DNA from: a virus
Reading direction: 5' to 3' (one strand)
IMG/VR virus record: IMGVR_UViG_3300009081_000009
Span: 32,001 to 96,000 of that record
Length of the DNA stretch: 64,000 nucleotides
Shown: one piece after another, positions 9,496 to 20,233 of the stretch
Numbering within the stretch: the stretch's first letter is position 1
Layout: every line of letters begins with the position of its first letter
Made by a program: the position numbers and the translations under genes
Notes under the pieces: model-generated
Told to the model about the DNA's origin: nothing
Seen by the model: only the letters and a program-made list of their open reading frames with translations
Database searches by the model: none

Positions 9496-9577
9496 TCACT
9501 AAGTGATCCTTATCACCTACAAATAAAGGAAAAAAGTTCTATATTGTATATATAAGAAACTCAACAAGGATATATTT

Positions 9578-10480
9578 ATGGAACTCATTGCACTAGGAAC
9601 CGGAAACTCCAGAACTAAGAAAAACTGGCAATCAAACTTTCTATTTAGACAGAATCAAAAAACCATGGCTCTTGACTTTGGTACATATGCGCCTCTTGCT
9701 CTCGAAGAGAATCATATGACTACATTGGATTTAGATGCTATCTATATTAGTCACCTACATGCAGATCATACAGGTGGTCTTGAAGAATTGCTATTTGATA
9801 CATACTTTAATCCAAAAGCAAAACGACCTACATTATATTGCCAAGGTGAATATATTCGTGACTCCGAATCAAATACAATTATAAAAAGTGGATTAGTATC
9901 TGATTTATGGGATCATACTCTATCAGGTGGTGCAATTGGGTTAGAAGGAAAGATAGCAACGTTAGATACATATTTTGATGTGCGTGCTGTAAAGGATAAC
10001 TCATCTTTCATATGGGAAGGTGTTAAATTCGATATTGTCCAAACTATACATATTTGTGCGAAATATAGAATTGAAAATAGTTTTGGTCTTATGTGGAATG
10101 ATCCAGATACAAAGGAACGCATATACATAACAACCGATACACAATTCTGTCCAGTTAATGCAGCAATGGCGTATTTAAGAGAAGCTGATATTATTTATCA
10201 CGACTGCGAAACTACGCCATTTAAGAGTGGCGTTCATGCCCATTATAGCGAATTGGTAACATTACCAGCAGAAATAAAAGCTAAGATGTGGTTATATCAT
10301 TTTGATGATAGTATTATCATGAACTGGGATGTAATGAATGAAAAGGCTAAAAATGATGGATTCCTTGGATTCGTTCCAACGGGTGCTGTATTTGATCTTC
10401 ATTACAATAAATACAGTGTTGGTATGATTGGTAAGCAATCACATCATAATGAATACATGAAGACTCGAAATGCAGCATAA
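9578..10480 (+). CDS. MBL-fold metallo-hydrolase, Apyc1-like (anti-Pycsar) cyclic nucleotide phosphodiesterase
   Basis: LGTG, LDFG, ISHLHADHTGGLEE, LWDHTLSGG, TTDTQF, IYHDCE, GVHAHYSEL, LYHF. Confidence 0.8.
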   Translation: MELIALGTGNSRTKKNWQSNFLFRQNQKTMALDFGTYAPLALEENHMTTLDLDAIYISHLHADHTGGLEELLFDTYFNPKAKRPTLYCQGEYIRDSESNTIIKSGLVSDLWDHTLSGGAIGLEGKIATLDTYFDVRAVKDNSSFIWEGVKFDIVQTIHICAKYRIENSFGLMWNDPDTKERIYITTDTQFCPVNAAMAYLREADIIYHDCETTPFKSGVHAHYSELVTLPAEIKAKMWLYHFDDSIIMNWDVMNEKAKNDGFLGFVPTGAVFDLHYNKYSVGMIGKQSHHNEYMKTRNAA

Positions 10481-10955
10481 GATATATGCAGGAATAGGAT
10501 CTAGGGAAACCCCTAGATCCATTTTAGATATAATGACATCATGTGCATCTAGATTGGAAGCATTAAATTATACATTACGCAGTGGGCATGCTATTGGAGC
10601 AGACACTGCATTTGAATGTAATGTTCATAAAAAAGAAATTTTTATAGCAGATGATGCAACTTCGGATTCGATTGAATTAGCTTCTCATTTTCATGGATAT
10701 TGGGATAAATGTTCGTCATATGCTAAAAAGTTACATGGGCGAAATTCAATGATTCTATTAGGTAAGAATCTGGATACTCCAGTTAGGTTCGTTATATGTT
10801 GGACTAAAGATGGCAAAGATACTGGTGGTACTGGATTAGGAATACGAATAGCAGAAGCCTATAAAATTCCTGTATTCAATCTATATAATTATGATACAAA
10901 GATACGATTATTAGAATTTATTGGTATGAAATCATCTGATATCGATGTATTATGA
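10470..10955 (+). CDS. SLOG/DprA(Smf)-like Rossmann-fold protein
   Basis: YAGIGSRETP, LRSGHAIGAD.AFE, GGTGLGIRIA...IPVFNL. Confidence 0.8.
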   Translation: MQHKIYAGIGSRETPRSILDIMTSCASRLEALNYTLRSGHAIGADTAFECNVHKKEIFIADDATSDSIELASHFHGYWDKCSSYAKKLHGRNSMILLGKNLDTPVRFVICWTKDGKDTGGTGLGIRIAEAYKIPVFNLYNYDTKIRLLEFIGMKSSDIDVL

Positions 10956-10969
10956 ACTATATTTAAAAC

Positions 10970-11956
10970 ATGTCCGTAAATTACTACCAAATCCTTGAAA
11001 TTTCTCAAAATGCATCTGAAAGTGATATAAAAATATCATTTAAGAAATTAGCAGTTAAATACCATCCAGATAAACATAGCGGATTTGAGGATAAATTTAA
11101 AGAAATTAATGAGGCATACTCAACATTATCAGATCCTATTAAACGAAAGGAATATGATACTAAATTATCATTTTCATCTCAATTTAAGCGATGGGGTGCT
11201 GCGTTTGGAAAGCCAACTACAGCAACTAATTTTTCTCAGACGGCAAAGAAAGAAGCCCCTAAAGGTACTGATATACATGTATTTGCTGATGTTACATTAG
11301 ATGATTGTATACATGGTGCAAAAAAGATTATTACGGTAGAGTATGGATCGAGATGTCCATTATGTGATGGAACTGGTGCAAAAACACGAAAAAAATGTAC
11401 TGTATGTAAAGGCATCGGAATGGTAAAGAAAATTATTGATGGAGAAATTAAACCAGCACCTTGTACTAGCTGTAATAATTCAGGATTAATAATCGATGAT
11501 GTGTGTTTACATTGTAAAGGAACTGGATTAACTAAATCGAGTCGAGATATTGAGATAACAATTTCGAAAGGAATGAAAGATGGGGATGAAATCACTATAA
11601 AAGGAAGCGGTAATGCTGGATTTAATGGTGGTGCTTATGGTGATGTTAAGATATTTATTAATGAACTGCCTCATAAAGAATATACTCGTCATGGCAATGA
11701 TTTAAACATGAAATACGAAGTTTCTCCTATTGATCTTATACTGGGTAAAGAAATAATTGTAAATACTCCATATGGAATTGTAAATACAACTATCCCAATG
11801 GGAACACAGGTAAATTCTAGAATTAGAATTAAAGGTAAAGGAATATTGGATGGTGATTTATATGTTGGGTTTAACACTATAATACCAACTAATATTTCGG
11901 ATGATGAGATTGAATTATATAAAGAACTGAGAAAAATGGAATTTTCAAACCTATAA
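10970..11956 (+). CDS. dnaJ: DnaJ co-chaperone (J domain, Zn finger, C-terminal domain)
   Basis: YYQILEI, YHPDK, FKEINEAY, four CxxCxGxG-type repeats, C-terminal RIKGKG. Confidence 0.95.
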   Translation: MSVNYYQILEISQNASESDIKISFKKLAVKYHPDKHSGFEDKFKEINEAYSTLSDPIKRKEYDTKLSFSSQFKRWGAAFGKPTTATNFSQTAKKEAPKGTDIHVFADVTLDDCIHGAKKIITVEYGSRCPLCDGTGAKTRKKCTVCKGIGMVKKIIDGEIKPAPCTSCNNSGLIIDDVCLHCKGTGLTKSSRDIEITISKGMKDGDEITIKGSGNAGFNGGAYGDVKIFINELPHKEYTRHGNDLNMKYEVSPIDLILGKEIIVNTPYGIVNTTIPMGTQVNSRIRIKGKGILDGDLYVGFNTIIPTNISDDEIELYKELRKMEFSNL

Positions 11957-11995
11957 TAAATTATATTTAGATTATAAATTAAGGAATTAATAATT

Positions 11996-12334
11996 ATGAA
12001 CGAAGTTACTAAATCGCTCACGCTTGAAGATCGTTACAGACTTAGCATGTATAGCCGTAAGTTGCCATGTACTCTTAGATTACGATTGGTTATAAATGAT
12101 TTTTTGAGTCAGATTGAGATTACGTCTGATGAGATGAAAAAATTTGAAGTATCAATTGATCCGACTACTATGGCATTCAACTGCAATGATTCGGAATATA
12201 CAGTAGATTATACTGGATTTCCTCAAGATATTATCATTGCTATGACTAGATATGTATCATTATTGGATACGGAAAAAAATGCTGATAATGTACTGTTACA
12301 GAAAACATTGTTAACATTCAAGAAAATAATATAA
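11996..12334 (+). CDS. hypothetical protein
   Basis: 112 aa; AAGGA SD; TATATTTA at 11962. Confidence 0.75.
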   Translation: MNEVTKSLTLEDRYRLSMYSRKLPCTLRLRLVINDFLSQIEITSDEMKKFEVSIDPTTMAFNCNDSEYTVDYTGFPQDIIIAMTRYVSLLDTEKNADNVLLQKTLLTFKKII

Positions 12335-12335
12335 T

Positions 12336-13352
12336 ATGAAGCATAATAATTCAGTAGTGAGAATTTATAATTTTGATTTGGATGAATGCATTAGTGAATT
12401 CAAAAATTCATTTAATGATATAACCAAATCAAAGAATTCACAAGGAATTCATACATTCCTATTTTCATCATATAATGATCAGAAAGTCACTACTGAATTA
12501 GTATATTGTTCTATATATGAAAAAACCGTCATATTTTATGTTAGTCAAGCAGCTATCCAATTAAATATTGGATATAGAAAGGCTGAACCTACTGATGGAG
12601 ATGAATCAGAAGATAATATGGAAGAACCTGAATTTGAAATATTAGGTGGTGAAGTTCTTCCTATTGGTGGCAATACATTTGATTTAATGGCAAATGAAGC
12701 TAAATCGGATGTTTATTATATAGGACGATATAATAAAAATACCAATATTATGGAATTAAGTCGGAATTTAATATCATCAAACATGTATGAATTAAATTCT
12801 CTTAGACTTAGTGACGAATTACGTCTATCAATTCTGAATCATACTCATCCAGATGTATCACATATAGGAACCCATGTGATAGATGGGAATTATTATGATA
12901 TATACACTATTCCGGTTAATAGTTCACTAAAAATAAATCAAATAGACGGTATTGGTGATGATGATAATAATAGAGATGTCGAATTAATGATTGTCAATAG
13001 TCATCCTGATATTTTATATCTAGGTGATTGTTGTAATATGAACGGCTTTTTTTATAGTATGTATACACTAAATAAGTCAGAAGAATTGAATAATGCAATG
13101 AATTTGATAGAAAATGAGCTAATTGATACTAATAATTTGATTATTGATGATAGTGAATTAGTTGATACATCGATTGACTTTTTTAATGATAGAATAAATC
13201 AGTATAAGAGTGATATTAATATAGCAATTGAAAAAGAAGAACCACCTATGAATATAGATGAAAATCCATTCGCTAATGGCTTTTTTGATAATATGAATGG
13301 GGATAAGAGACAAACTAAACCACTAAATGCACCTCGTAGACTAGGTGAATAA
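12336..13352 (+). CDS. hypothetical acidic protein
   Basis: 338 aa ORF directly downstream in the same operon. Confidence 0.75.
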   Translation: MKHNNSVVRIYNFDLDECISEFKNSFNDITKSKNSQGIHTFLFSSYNDQKVTTELVYCSIYEKTVIFYVSQAAIQLNIGYRKAEPTDGDESEDNMEEPEFEILGGEVLPIGGNTFDLMANEAKSDVYYIGRYNKNTNIMELSRNLISSNMYELNSLRLSDELRLSILNHTHPDVSHIGTHVIDGNYYDIYTIPVNSSLKINQIDGIGDDDNNRDVELMIVNSHPDILYLGDCCNMNGFFYSMYTLNKSEELNNAMNLIENELIDTNNLIIDDSELVDTSIDFFNDRINQYKSDINIAIEKEEPPMNIDENPFANGFFDNMNGDKRQTKPLNAPRRLGE

Positions 13353-13377
13353 CCGAAAATCTAGATAAAAAAGAAAG

Positions 13378-13414
13378 AAACCCATTAAATAATAAAAATT
13401 TTAATGGGTTTTTT
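13378..13414 (+). terminator. intrinsic terminator
   Basis: AAACCCATTAAA...TTTAATGGGTTT followed by T tract. Confidence 0.7.
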
Positions 13415-13416
13415 AT

Positions 13417-13425
13417 TATAAACTA
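13417..13425 (+). promoter_or_regulatory. late-type promoter TATAAACTA
   Basis: Upstream of the baseplate fusion gene. Confidence 0.7.
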
Positions 13426-13448
13426 TTGAAAACTCACTGAATTTACAT

Positions 13449-16400
13449 ATGGCATTACAATTAAGATTACATGAAGGCAGTCACCAGACGCATGATACAG
13501 AAATCGATCTATATAGGATCTGGTTTGGATTGTATCGTGTTGATTCTGGTACATATTACTTACCCGATTATAGAATTCGTGGATTTTTTAACTGTCATTA
13601 TGGATTATCCGCAATTTCAAGTAATACTGGGTATATCGTAAATAATATACAGCAAACCCAAGGTGTAAATATATCAGTTGTTCCGGGTTATGATGACTGG
13701 TGTAGTGATATTAGACCACCTCGAATAGATAGTAATAAATTTAATACTGAAGTTCAATTTTATTTCCCAAATGGGACTTTAAATGGAACATCTCCAACCG
13801 CTAATCAAGGTGGATTTGATTTAATGGGAGCCATAGGTGGTGGTATTCGATTGGGTAGATATCATGATGTTCAAGAATCATACTCATATCTAAATGCATC
13901 AACTAATGACATAACAAATCCAATGAATTGGATTATGGAACATAGAGATAATACAAAAACTAAATCAATATTATCTATTTCGTCTGTGGGAACATTAGTT
14001 ACTGTAACTACAACCACGTCTCATGGGTATTCAGATGGAGATGCCATTAGAGTAACTGGATTTGGTAATGGATCTCAACGATTATTTGGTAATGCAGGAG
14101 AACGCTATAGTGGTACATTTAAAATAACGGTAACAGGATCTAATACATTCACATATAGAACAAAACATGTAGTAATAGCAGGTACATATAATAATACAGG
14201 AACCTGTGAATTCTGGAACGTTCATGTTTGTGAAGCTCGAATAAGTTCTATACAGGGTAATGGTACTGGCACCATCTCAGTGACAACAACTGACAATCAT
14301 AATTTACAAGCAGATGATATAATTTCTATATCAGGAACCACTAACTATAACGGAACCCAATTAAAAGTATTAACTAGTACATCTACTAGCTATACCTGTA
14401 GTATGCCATCAAATACCAGTAATACATTAGAAACTACTGGATTAACATCATTCTCAACTCGTCCTCCATCGGCAGCAATTCCAGTCAATTATGTTAGTGG
14501 ATACGAACCAAAACAAATGACGGATCACACTACAATAACAGAATTAATATATGCAAATAAAGATACCTATATTGCGGTAGGTGATACTAATGGTCATGGT
14601 GGTTCAACTTCTCTGAATGTTATACAAAACGGTTCTCAGATATCAAAGGCATTATTTAATTTCCCCGTTGATAATGTCGCATTGGCTGATTTATTATTTG
14701 CTGAAATATGTACATATTATAATGGTGGTAGTGATGGAACTGCTCAAATGTCATTATATCAGATGACAACTGATACATGGAATGATTACGATGCATATAA
14801 TACATTAAATCCATTAATTGCGTCTCCATTGGATCAAGTTGGATTTTATCAATTTACTAATGTAGGATCTGGTGAGAATAATACTTATACTAAATTTACA
14901 GTTTCTACTGAGAAAGTATATAATTGGTTAACAGCCGTTCAGTATCCATCAGTTGCATTAGTAAAAACAGCGGTAAATTCAGGTATAACCAACGAATATC
15001 TTAGTTCGGAAGTGGTTGAATACAAACCATATATGGTTATTAGTTCTGGTGTTATATCAGATACAACTAAGCCTACATTAACATTAACCGATACTTTCAT
15101 GTATCTTCCTTGTAATAATATTCAAGGTAATGGAACCGGAAAAGTAACCATCACCACTATAGATGCACATCTATTACAAGCAGGTGATGTAATTCATTTA
15201 TATAACACAACTAATTATGATGCCATTTCTGCAACAGTATTAGGTGGAACTGACGCACCTTCGACATATCAATTTAAAATAAATATAGCAGGAAATACAA
15301 GTACTGCAATAGATATTGCTGGTATTGTTCAACGCACAGGAACGATAAAGATTTCGGCTATTGGGTATGATGATACTGAAATATCTAGTGATTCGGCTGA
15401 TATACAAATAAGAAAGGGATCTTCATTAACAGATATTTCCGAGTATAACGTGATTAAATCATCAGATGGTAGATCTGTAACATTTGATTTCAATTTACTG
15501 GGTATTGATGATGGTTTTTTTGATGTATCTGTTAAAGATAAAGTTGGTAATAAAAGTATAGTTCCATTCCAACCACCTATCATAATGAATTATACAAACT
15601 CATTAAATTCATCCTATGAAGTAGTTAAATCAGGTCATGATATAACAGTGAGTGGATTTAATGTGGATTATTATACTAGTGGATTTAATGCAATCATTGG
15701 TGATTCTGCATTATCTGGTGGTATAGTTTCTGGTGGTACTAATATCACTGTCAATAATTTTAATACAGTAGACAATACATTTACTATTCAGATACCTAGC
15801 AATCTACAAGCTGAATATGCAATTGGTTCTATTGATACGATAGCTGATACTATTACCGTATTAAATGCAGCTCTAAAAATTGGTGATGTGATGTCATTCA
15901 ATTCACTTGGTAATTTTATACAACCACCTCTCAAGGTTGGATTATTATATTTTGTAAAAACTGTAACTCAGGTTGGAACTGATTCTGTAATAACATTATC
16001 AAATAATGTTTTATTGACGGATACCATAAATTTAACAACTGCTGCTTATACTGTTAATATGGTAGCATATAATACAGTTACTCCATTATATGTCATACGT
16101 GATGGATTTAATTCGTATAGTTATTTCAATAGATTATATGTTAGATTGGATGAATATGCACCAAAGATATATATTGAACCTATAATTGGCGTTAATGATG
16201 TAATAAATGTAACAATAAGTGATGCATTTCCTGTTGATCAGAGTACTGTTAATTTTATCAATGGAACGATAAATGGTTCTATTGTTGATGTTAATGGAGA
16301 TGGTCGTGTATTAATATATCCAATAAAAATAACGGCTGCTGGTACTTTTACCGTTCAGGCTGATGATATTATAGGTAATAGTGCATATGCTGATGCATAC

Positions 16401-17921
16401 GTACAGTCACTAATCACACCATTTATAGAAATAACAGGTCATACAATAAATTCAGCAACTTCGGCTGTTATTCATGTTAAAGTAACCGATGGTGATATAT
16501 CACCTATAGTAGCTCCAGATAATGCATCTCGTGGTGTATTCGTAGAAGGTAGTGTTGCTAACAGTACCTATGGAACCATTACCAATTTAGTATCAACCTC
16601 TACTGGTATCACCTTTGATGTTAATGTAAATGGGTTGGGTGATGGTATAATGAAGATATATGCACATGATAATGTTGATGATGTTGATAGCATAATACCT
16701 CCAGTACTTACATCGGTCTCCCCTAATTGTATTAAGGCTGGTGTATATTCTGAAATAACAGGTATTAATTTAAGTCCAGTTGGATATATTCGAACATTTC
16801 TTAATAATAAAATAAGCATATATGAAGCAACCGCAAGTAATATATATCTAAGTGCTATAATTTTAAGTGGTATTTCTGATGGAAATTTACCATTCATTTT
16901 ATCATTAACTAATTCTTCTACATTATTAAGTAATTCCATAGTAAAAACATCAGATAATACATCACCTACTATAAATATAATAGGACTTCCCGTAACAGAA
17001 ACCATTCAGGGTGAGGTATATACCGATCTCGGTGCAACAGCATCAGATACAGTATCTGGTGACGTTACTGATAGCATAATAACCACTGGTGTAGTTGATA
17101 CTACGACATTGGGTAGTTATACTATTACATATACAGCAACTGATGATTGTGGTAATTCAGCAAGTTCAAGTCGAACCGTGAATGTAGTAACTGGATGTCC
17201 TATATACATCTCAGTGTCTCCAAATGTTGGATATGCTGGTGATTTAGTAACTATCACAGCAACGGTAGGACTATTCAATCCAACTGCATTGAGTAACGTG
17301 GTTATGTTTAATGATAAGATTGCTCAAGTGATATCAGGAGATAGAGAACAACTATTAGTTATGATTCCAGAAGGTGCGACAACCGGATATGTTCAAGTGG
17401 AAACTGGGTCTACTAATACAGGATATGAAAGATGTTCATTGAGTAATATTGTTAATTTTACTGTATTATATGACGATCAGACATTTACAACAACTAAATC
17501 CATACTTTCTATATTCAATAGAGGATCTAGTGCCAATGCTATTTATAATAGAGATTTGTCATATTCTGGATTTAGTGAAGTTACTGATGAAAATAGTATG
17601 ATCCAGAATTTATATACAATATTATTGACCAGATTAGGAGAAAGATTTTTTAATAGTAGATTTGGGTCTACTATAGAGGGAAGACTATTTAGTCCTATAA
17701 ATGACTATGATACATTTGAGGCCGATGTAATGAAGGAAATTGATACGTTAATAAAACGTTATGAACCACGTATTATTCTAATAAAGGATCAGTCATTTGT
17801 TGTATTTGATTCTGATTATAATAGTGCTCAAGTTGTCTTATTAATTAGAGTTCCTAGTGGTAATATAAAAACTGTATCATTAACATTTAAAAGTACTCGA
17901 AATGGGGAATCTAACATATGA
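13449..17921 (+). CDS. large multidomain virion protein with C-terminal gp25-like baseplate wedge domain
   Basis: C-terminal SMIQNLYTILLTRLGERFFNSRFGS...IKRYEPRI (GPW/gp25); repeated T..HG...GD.I.I.G..NYNG modules; DUF5011-like Ig (YTDLGATASD...YTITYTATDDCGN); IPT/TIG-like segment. Confidence 0.85.
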   Translation: MALQLRLHEGSHQTHDTEIDLYRIWFGLYRVDSGTYYLPDYRIRGFFNCHYGLSAISSNTGYIVNNIQQTQGVNISVVPGYDDWCSDIRPPRIDSNKFNTEVQFYFPNGTLNGTSPTANQGGFDLMGAIGGGIRLGRYHDVQESYSYLNASTNDITNPMNWIMEHRDNTKTKSILSISSVGTLVTVTTTTSHGYSDGDAIRVTGFGNGSQRLFGNAGERYSGTFKITVTGSNTFTYRTKHVVIAGTYNNTGTCEFWNVHVCEARISSIQGNGTGTISVTTTDNHNLQADDIISISGTTNYNGTQLKVLTSTSTSYTCSMPSNTSNTLETTGLTSFSTRPPSAAIPVNYVSGYEPKQMTDHTTITELIYANKDTYIAVGDTNGHGGSTSLNVIQNGSQISKALFNFPVDNVALADLLFAEICTYYNGGSDGTAQMSLYQMTTDTWNDYDAYNTLNPLIASPLDQVGFYQFTNVGSGENNTYTKFTVSTEKVYNWLTAVQYPSVALVKTAVNSGITNEYLSSEVVEYKPYMVISSGVISDTTKPTLTLTDTFMYLPCNNIQGNGTGKVTITTIDAHLLQAGDVIHLYNTTNYDAISATVLGGTDAPSTYQFKINIAGNTSTAIDIAGIVQRTGTIKISAIGYDDTEISSDSADIQIRKGSSLTDISEYNVIKSSDGRSVTFDFNLLGIDDGFFDVSVKDKVGNKSIVPFQPPIIMNYTNSLNSSYEVVKSGHDITVSGFNVDYYTSGFNAIIGDSALSGGIVSGGTNITVNNFNTVDNTFTIQIPSNLQAEYAIGSIDTIADTITVLNAALKIGDVMSFNSLGNFIQPPLKVGLLYFVKTVTQVGTDSVITLSNNVLLTDTINLTTAAYTVNMVAYNTVTPLYVIRDGFNSYSYFNRLYVRLDEYAPKIYIEPIIGVNDVINVTISDAFPVDQSTVNFINGTINGSIVDVNGDGRVLIYPIKITAAGTFTVQADDIIGNSAYADAYVQSLITPFIEITGHTINSATSAVIHVKVTDGDISPIVAPDNASRGVFVEGSVANSTYGTITNLVSTSTGITFDVNVNGLGDGIMKIYAHDNVDDVDSIIPPVLTSVSPNCIKAGVYSEITGINLSPVGYIRTFLNNKISIYEATASNIYLSAIILSGISDGNLPFILSLTNSSTLLSNSIVKTSDNTSPTINIIGLPVTETIQGEVYTDLGATASDTVSGDVTDSIITTGVVDTTTLGSYTITYTATDDCGNSASSSRTVNVVTGCPIYISVSPNVGYAGDLVTITATVGLFNPTALSNVVMFNDKIAQVISGDREQLLVMIPEGATTGYVQVETGSTNTGYERCSLSNIVNFTVLYDDQTFTTTKSILSIFNRGSSANAIYNRDLSYSGFSEVTDENSMIQNLYTILLTRLGERFFNSRFGSTIEGRLFSPINDYDTFEADVMKEIDTLIKRYEPRIILIKDQSFVVFDSDYNSAQVVLLIRVPSGNIKTVSLTFKSTRNGESNI

Positions 17922-18832
17922 TAGTTCAACGAATTGATAGTAATACTCAGATCATATATACAAATGATCGAATATCAGATGCAAAAAGTATAGCATCTGA
18001 GCTTGGATATGTAAAAAAAGATGGTGAATACTATAAGACACTAGAATATATGCAAAATACATCCTATTATCCAAAAGGATCATCTCATTCAATTGATTCA
18101 AGTAAATTTGTATATAAGGGTGTATCTACTTATATCATTAATAAGACATATTCCTTTATGATTAATAAAGAAAATCCTCAGTTATTAGTTGATAATTTAA
18201 ATAAATTTGGATCAACCTTTATTATGAAAACTGGTAGTAACCAATTTGAAGGTGATGTTTCATTAGATGCTAGTCGAAATATAAAATTTAGTGATGGTTC
18301 CACCATATCATTAGATGCATCAACTAAATCAGATACAACTAATTTAGATAATTTTATTCATCGTATGTCCATGGATAATGGTAGAATGTTATATCCTGTA
18401 TTAAAAAGATTTATTAATACAGTATTTATGTTTAATGGACATAAATCAATGTTAACTGGATATATCAAATTACGTGATTATTTATATATGATAAAAACTC
18501 CATCAACAGGATTATTTAATGCTGTAAAAGGCACAAATGCAAAATATTCATTAAATATAAATTCCAGTTCTGCTCGTATGTCAGTGGTTGATGTAAATAA
18601 TGGAATTCCTATAATTGAATTATTGATTGATGGAACAATTACTCTAAATACGCAAACTGGTAAATTTGATCCATTCATTTTATTTACAACAAAACCAATT
18701 TCAATGAAAAATCAACAGATGCCTTTTAAGACAGTTCAATATAAGGGAGTAACTATTTTTATAACTCCATTATTATTTAGTAATATAGAAACATTAAGTA
18801 CTCTTAGAGGTGGAATTAATTTATTATCTTAA
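17918..18832 (+). CDS. hypothetical protein, probably virion-associated
   Basis: 304 aa; ATGA overlap with the gp25 fusion. Confidence 0.7.
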   Translation: MIVQRIDSNTQIIYTNDRISDAKSIASELGYVKKDGEYYKTLEYMQNTSYYPKGSSHSIDSSKFVYKGVSTYIINKTYSFMINKENPQLLVDNLNKFGSTFIMKTGSNQFEGDVSLDASRNIKFSDGSTISLDASTKSDTTNLDNFIHRMSMDNGRMLYPVLKRFINTVFMFNGHKSMLTGYIKLRDYLYMIKTPSTGLFNAVKGTNAKYSLNINSSSARMSVVDVNNGIPIIELLIDGTITLNTQTGKFDPFILFTTKPISMKNQQMPFKTVQYKGVTIFITPLLFSNIETLSTLRGGINLLS

Positions 18833-18890
18833 TAAATATAAGGTAATCGATATTCAAATAAATTATTTTATAGCTATATAAATAAAAGGA

Positions 18891-20141
18891 ATGTATTATA
18901 TGGCTGCTAAAAAAACATCGAAACCTGCTGTATTACCATCATTCGAATTTTTCCAGACTGTAAAGACTGGTGATAGATTCGCTGACAGTGGTAAGAAACG
19001 CGAAATTAAAACATGGATTGATACGGGATCATACACGCTAAATGCATTGATTTCTGGTGATATGACCAAGGGATTTCCGGGTAATAGAGCTGTTATGTTA
19101 GCTGGTGAACAAGCAGTGGGTAAAACCTTCTTCGCTGTATATGGATTTGCTCGTCCATTGGTTGAAATGGGATACTTTATTTTCTACATTGATACCGAAA
19201 ATGCTCTTACTGATGATACTTTGATTTCTTATGGATTACCAGAAGGCACATTTAAAATAATTTCACAGGATGTTGTCGAAGAGTTGAAGGTTAACTTTGA
19301 TACAATTTTAACTCAGCTAGAAGAAGCCCGTGGTAAGTCACTTGAGAATAAGAATAAGTGCGCATTCGTACTTGACTCTCAGGGTATGTTGGATACATTG
19401 AAGAGTCGTGCTGACATCCAGAAAGAAAATTATGTTAATGATATGACAGCACAAAAGGAATTGAAGAGATTATATCGATCAATTTTGGTAAGAATGGGTG
19501 AATTGGAAATTCCTCTGTTGATTACTAACCACGTTTACGCCAATATTGGTGGTTATGGTGATCCAACTAAGGTAGCTGGTGGTAGTGGTGGCTTATATGC
19601 ATCAACTGTTATTCTTCACATGAGAAAGAAACAGTATAAAGAAGGTGAGATTCGAAAGGGAACTATCATTACTGCGAAAAATATAAAGAGTCGTATATGC
19701 CGTGATGGACTTGAATCATCTGTATATTTAAATTTTGAAAAGGGTTTAAATAAATGGTATGGATTGCATTTATTTGCTGTTGACGCTGACCTTATCGAAA
19801 AATGGAGTGCTAAAGAATTTGATAAAAAAGGTGTTATTGGCCCAGAAAAAGCGGGTAATTCAACATTCTATGTTATCAAAGATCCAAAACTAACTCCTGA
19901 TAAGTGGATTGTTTGCAAAGAAACCGAATTACATAAACAAAGCACGATTGGAACCATATTCAATGAAATAAATGAATATGTGAAAGAAACGTTCAAGCTA
20001 TGTAATCCAGCAGACTTTGATTATGGTGATGATAATCCAGATGAAGAAGAATTGGATATCTTAGAAGATAATCTTAAAGATGCTGATACCGTTGTTACCA
20101 AGGCAAAAAAAGCTGGTAAGTCAATTACATCAGATGAATAA
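18891..20141 (+). CDS. uvsX: UvsX/RecA-like recombinase
   Basis: IDTGSYTLNALISG, AGEQAVGKT, IDTE, LDSQGML, TNHVY, GGSG. Confidence 0.93.
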   Translation: MYYMAAKKTSKPAVLPSFEFFQTVKTGDRFADSGKKREIKTWIDTGSYTLNALISGDMTKGFPGNRAVMLAGEQAVGKTFFAVYGFARPLVEMGYFIFYIDTENALTDDTLISYGLPEGTFKIISQDVVEELKVNFDTILTQLEEARGKSLENKNKCAFVLDSQGMLDTLKSRADIQKENYVNDMTAQKELKRLYRSILVRMGELEIPLLITNHVYANIGGYGDPTKVAGGSGGLYASTVILHMRKKQYKEGEIRKGTIITAKNIKSRICRDGLESSVYLNFEKGLNKWYGLHLFAVDADLIEKWSAKEFDKKGVIGPEKAGNSTFYVIKDPKLTPDKWIVCKETELHKQSTIGTIFNEINEYVKETFKLCNPADFDYGDDNPDEEELDILEDNLKDADTVVTKAKKAGKSITSDE

Positions 20142-20172
20142 TTAAATATTCTATATAAAATTATTTTTTACT

Positions 20173-20201
20173 AAAGTCACGATTCGTATCGTGGCTTTTT
20201 T
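20173..20201 (+). terminator. intrinsic terminator
   Basis: AAAGTCACGA-TTCGTA-TCGTGGCTTTTT. Confidence 0.75.
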
Positions 20202-20233
20202 ATTTTTTATGTATATTTAGCATAGGAGTTTTT

